The translations under genes were made by a program, and so were the position numbers. A stretch of 972 bases of DNA from Escherichia coli (GTDB taxonomy: Bacteria; Pseudomonadota; Gammaproteobacteria; Enterobacterales; Enterobacteriaceae). The stretch lies in NCBI RefSeq assembly GCF_003334335.1, contig NZ_QOWQ01000133.1; one strand, given 5' to 3'. Under the pieces are notes generated by a model, which saw nothing but the letters and a program-made list of their open reading frames with translations, did no database searches and was not told where the DNA came from. Below are positions 1-972 of the stretch, in pieces. The first letter of the stretch is position 1. Each line of letters begins with the position of its first letter.

Positions 1-236
1 GCAATACCGTTCACCACCCGGTAAACACGGGCCGGTCGTTTACCTCCGGCCATGTACTCGTCCGTTTCAGCCAGCATTCCGGGAGCATCAAGCTGTACCT
101 GCTGTTGTGGTACCGAAAGCCTTGCTGCCCCCATCTCGCGCCCGAGCGCGCAAAAGAAAACCCGCGCATAGGCGGGCTCCAGAAGCAGCGGTTCATTGAA
201 TGCTGCTGCAATAATGTGTGAAAGATTACGTCTCAC
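1..236 (-). CDS. C: Head maturation protease / minor capsid protein C (lambda gpC-like, S49 peptidase family); N-terminal 78 codons only (3'-partial, continues beyond position 1). Proposed start GTG at 236..234.
   Basis: Hand translation of the minus strand from GTG at 236..234: MRRNLSHIIAAAFNEPLLLEPAYARVFFCALGREMGAARLSVPQQQVQLDAPGMLAETDEYMAGGKRPARVYRVVNGI…, open to the window edge. This closely parallels the lambda gpC N-terminus as I recall it (MTAELRNLPHIASMAFNEPLMLEPAYARVFFCAL … RQARSYQVMNGIAVLPVSG). The frame is closed upstream by TAG at 275..273, and GTG 236 is the only ATG/GTG/TTG between that stop and the conserved region. Not in the ORF track because no stop falls inside the window. 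Confidence 0.8.
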   Translation of the reverse strand, partial: MRRNLSHIIAAAFNEPLLLEPAYARVFFCALGREMGAARLSVPQQQVQLDAPGMLAETDEYMAGGKRPARVYRVVNGI

Positions 237-972
237 GTGGTGTTGTCTCCTCTTCCGGCCTGCGACTCTCCGCTATCTGCTGCTGATACGCCTGCGCTAT
301 CCACACCGGACGTGAGAGTCCGGCTTTTTCCCGCTCTGCAGATTCCCTGACCTGCTGGCGGAAAATGTCCTGATAATCCTCGCCCATCAGCGCCAGCTCT
401 TTCTCATACGTGCTCAGTCCGGCCTCAATGCGCATCACTGATTCCTGAACCTCCTTGAGCCCGTCAATGGCCATTCTTCCGGCTCCAATCCACTCAGCCC
501 GTGACCAGGCTGATCGCGCCTGATAAAAATCAAAACGTGCCCGTGGCGGACGAATAATCCCCCGAAGAAGTGCCTCTTCCAGCCAGCAGGAAAACATCTG
601 CGTGGCCAGCCGGGACGCAATAAATTTTCGCCGCCCCATAAAATAGCGCCACGACTCATTGGCGGATGCGCGGGCACTTGAATAACTGACCTTCGAGTAA
701 TCACGGGACAACTGTTCGTAGGAAACGCCAAGACCGGCGGCGATATACCGCAGCAGCGCCTGTTCAAGCGCCGAAAATCCATTGTCTGAATCCTGCGCGG
801 TCTGAAGTTTCAGATCATCACCGGGGAAAAGGTGCGGAATTTTGACACCGCCCAGCGTCACGCTATTCGTGTCATACCAGGTGGAGAACTTATCCAGAAT
901 ATTAATAAGCGGATTATCCTTCTGCCCCTGCGGCGCACCGGCGATATATTCAAAGGCCTTTTCGGTATCAAG
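226..972 (-). CDS. B: Phage portal protein, lambda gpB family; C-terminal part only (5'-partial, N-terminus lies beyond position 972). Stop codon TAA at 228..226.
   Basis: Minus-strand frame is open from the window edge at 972 to TAA at 228..226. The track starts the ORF at GTG 861, but my hand translation of 862..972 in the same frame has no stop (…LDTEKAFEYIAGAPQGQKDNPLINILDKFSTWYDTNSV-TLGGVKIPHLFPGDD…), so the gene is truncated by the window, not started at 861. Motifs such as SYSSARASANESWRYFMGRRKFIASR resemble lambda-family portal proteins as I remember them. Position immediately upstream of, and overlapping, a gpC-like gene matches the lambda order B then C. No search was run. Confidence 0.8.
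   Translation of the reverse strand, partial: LDTEKAFEYIAGAPQGQKDNPLINILDKFSTWYDTNSVTLGGVKIPHLFPGDDLKLQTAQDSDNGFSALEQALLRYIAAGLGVSYEQLSRDYSKVSYSSARASANESWRYFMGRRKFIASRLATQMFSCWLEEALLRGIIRPPRARFDFYQARSAWSRAEWIGAGRMAIDGLKEVQESVMRIEAGLSTYEKELALMGEDYQDIFRQQVRESAEREKAGLSRPVWIAQAYQQQIAESRRPEEETTPRET
247..251 (-). promoter_or_regulatory. Shine-Dalgarno sequence (AGGAG within AAGAGGAGA) for the gpC-like gene, embedded in the 3' end of the portal coding sequence
   Basis: Minus-strand sequence reads ggAAGAGGAGAcaacaccacGTG; AGGAG lies 10 nt upstream of the proposed GTG start at 236. Spacing is at the long end of the usual range. Confidence 0.5.

Noticed and set aside
11-211. 66-aa minus-strand ORF from the track (MQQHSMNRCFWSPP…), TTG-initiated, overlapping the gpC-like gene
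   Set aside because: It is a different frame from the gpC-like reading, which carries the recognisable AFNEPLLLEPAYARVFFCAL motif and is open to the window edge. Most likely a frame artefact.
198-212. Short trinucleotide run tgctgctgc (GCA GCA GCA on the minus strand)
   Set aside because: It simply encodes Ala-Ala-Ala in the gpC-like N-terminus; too short to be a meaningful repeat.
435-782. 115-aa minus-strand ORF from the track (MDFRRLNRRCCGISPP…), lying entirely inside the portal gene in another frame
   Set aside because: Alternate-frame ORF with R/P/G-rich composition typical of an off-frame reading of GC-rich coding DNA. The overlapping portal frame has the recognisable product. No start context was examined and no homology is recognised.
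859-861. GTG at 861..859 given by the ORF track as the start of the 211-aa ORF
   Set aside because: The same frame stays open upstream to the window edge at 972, there is no convincing Shine-Dalgarno before it, and portal proteins are about 500 aa. It is an internal valine codon; the gene is truncated by the window.
1-972. Possibility of a novel defence or accessory system hidden in the window
   Set aside because: All 972 bp are accounted for by two overlapping structural genes on one strand. There is no intergenic space, no plus-strand ORF of note, and no repeat or RNA-like structure I could detect by eye.

Overview
The whole 972-bp window is coding sequence on the minus strand and belongs to the head-morphogenesis module of a lambda-like (lambdoid) phage or prophage. 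It holds the 3' part of a portal protein gene (lambda gpB family; 248 codons plus stop, N-terminus beyond position 972) and, overlapping its last 11 nt, the first 78 codons of a gpC-like head maturation protease / minor capsid protein C gene that runs off the window at position 1. The gpC-like identification rests on recalled lambda sequence and the portal call mainly on gene order and a looser family resemblance; I could not run a search. I see no RNA genes, CRISPR, repeats, mobile-element ends or intergenic space. I find no evidence of a novel or undescribed system here: this is an ordinary, well-known phage structural region, and the findings below are minor.
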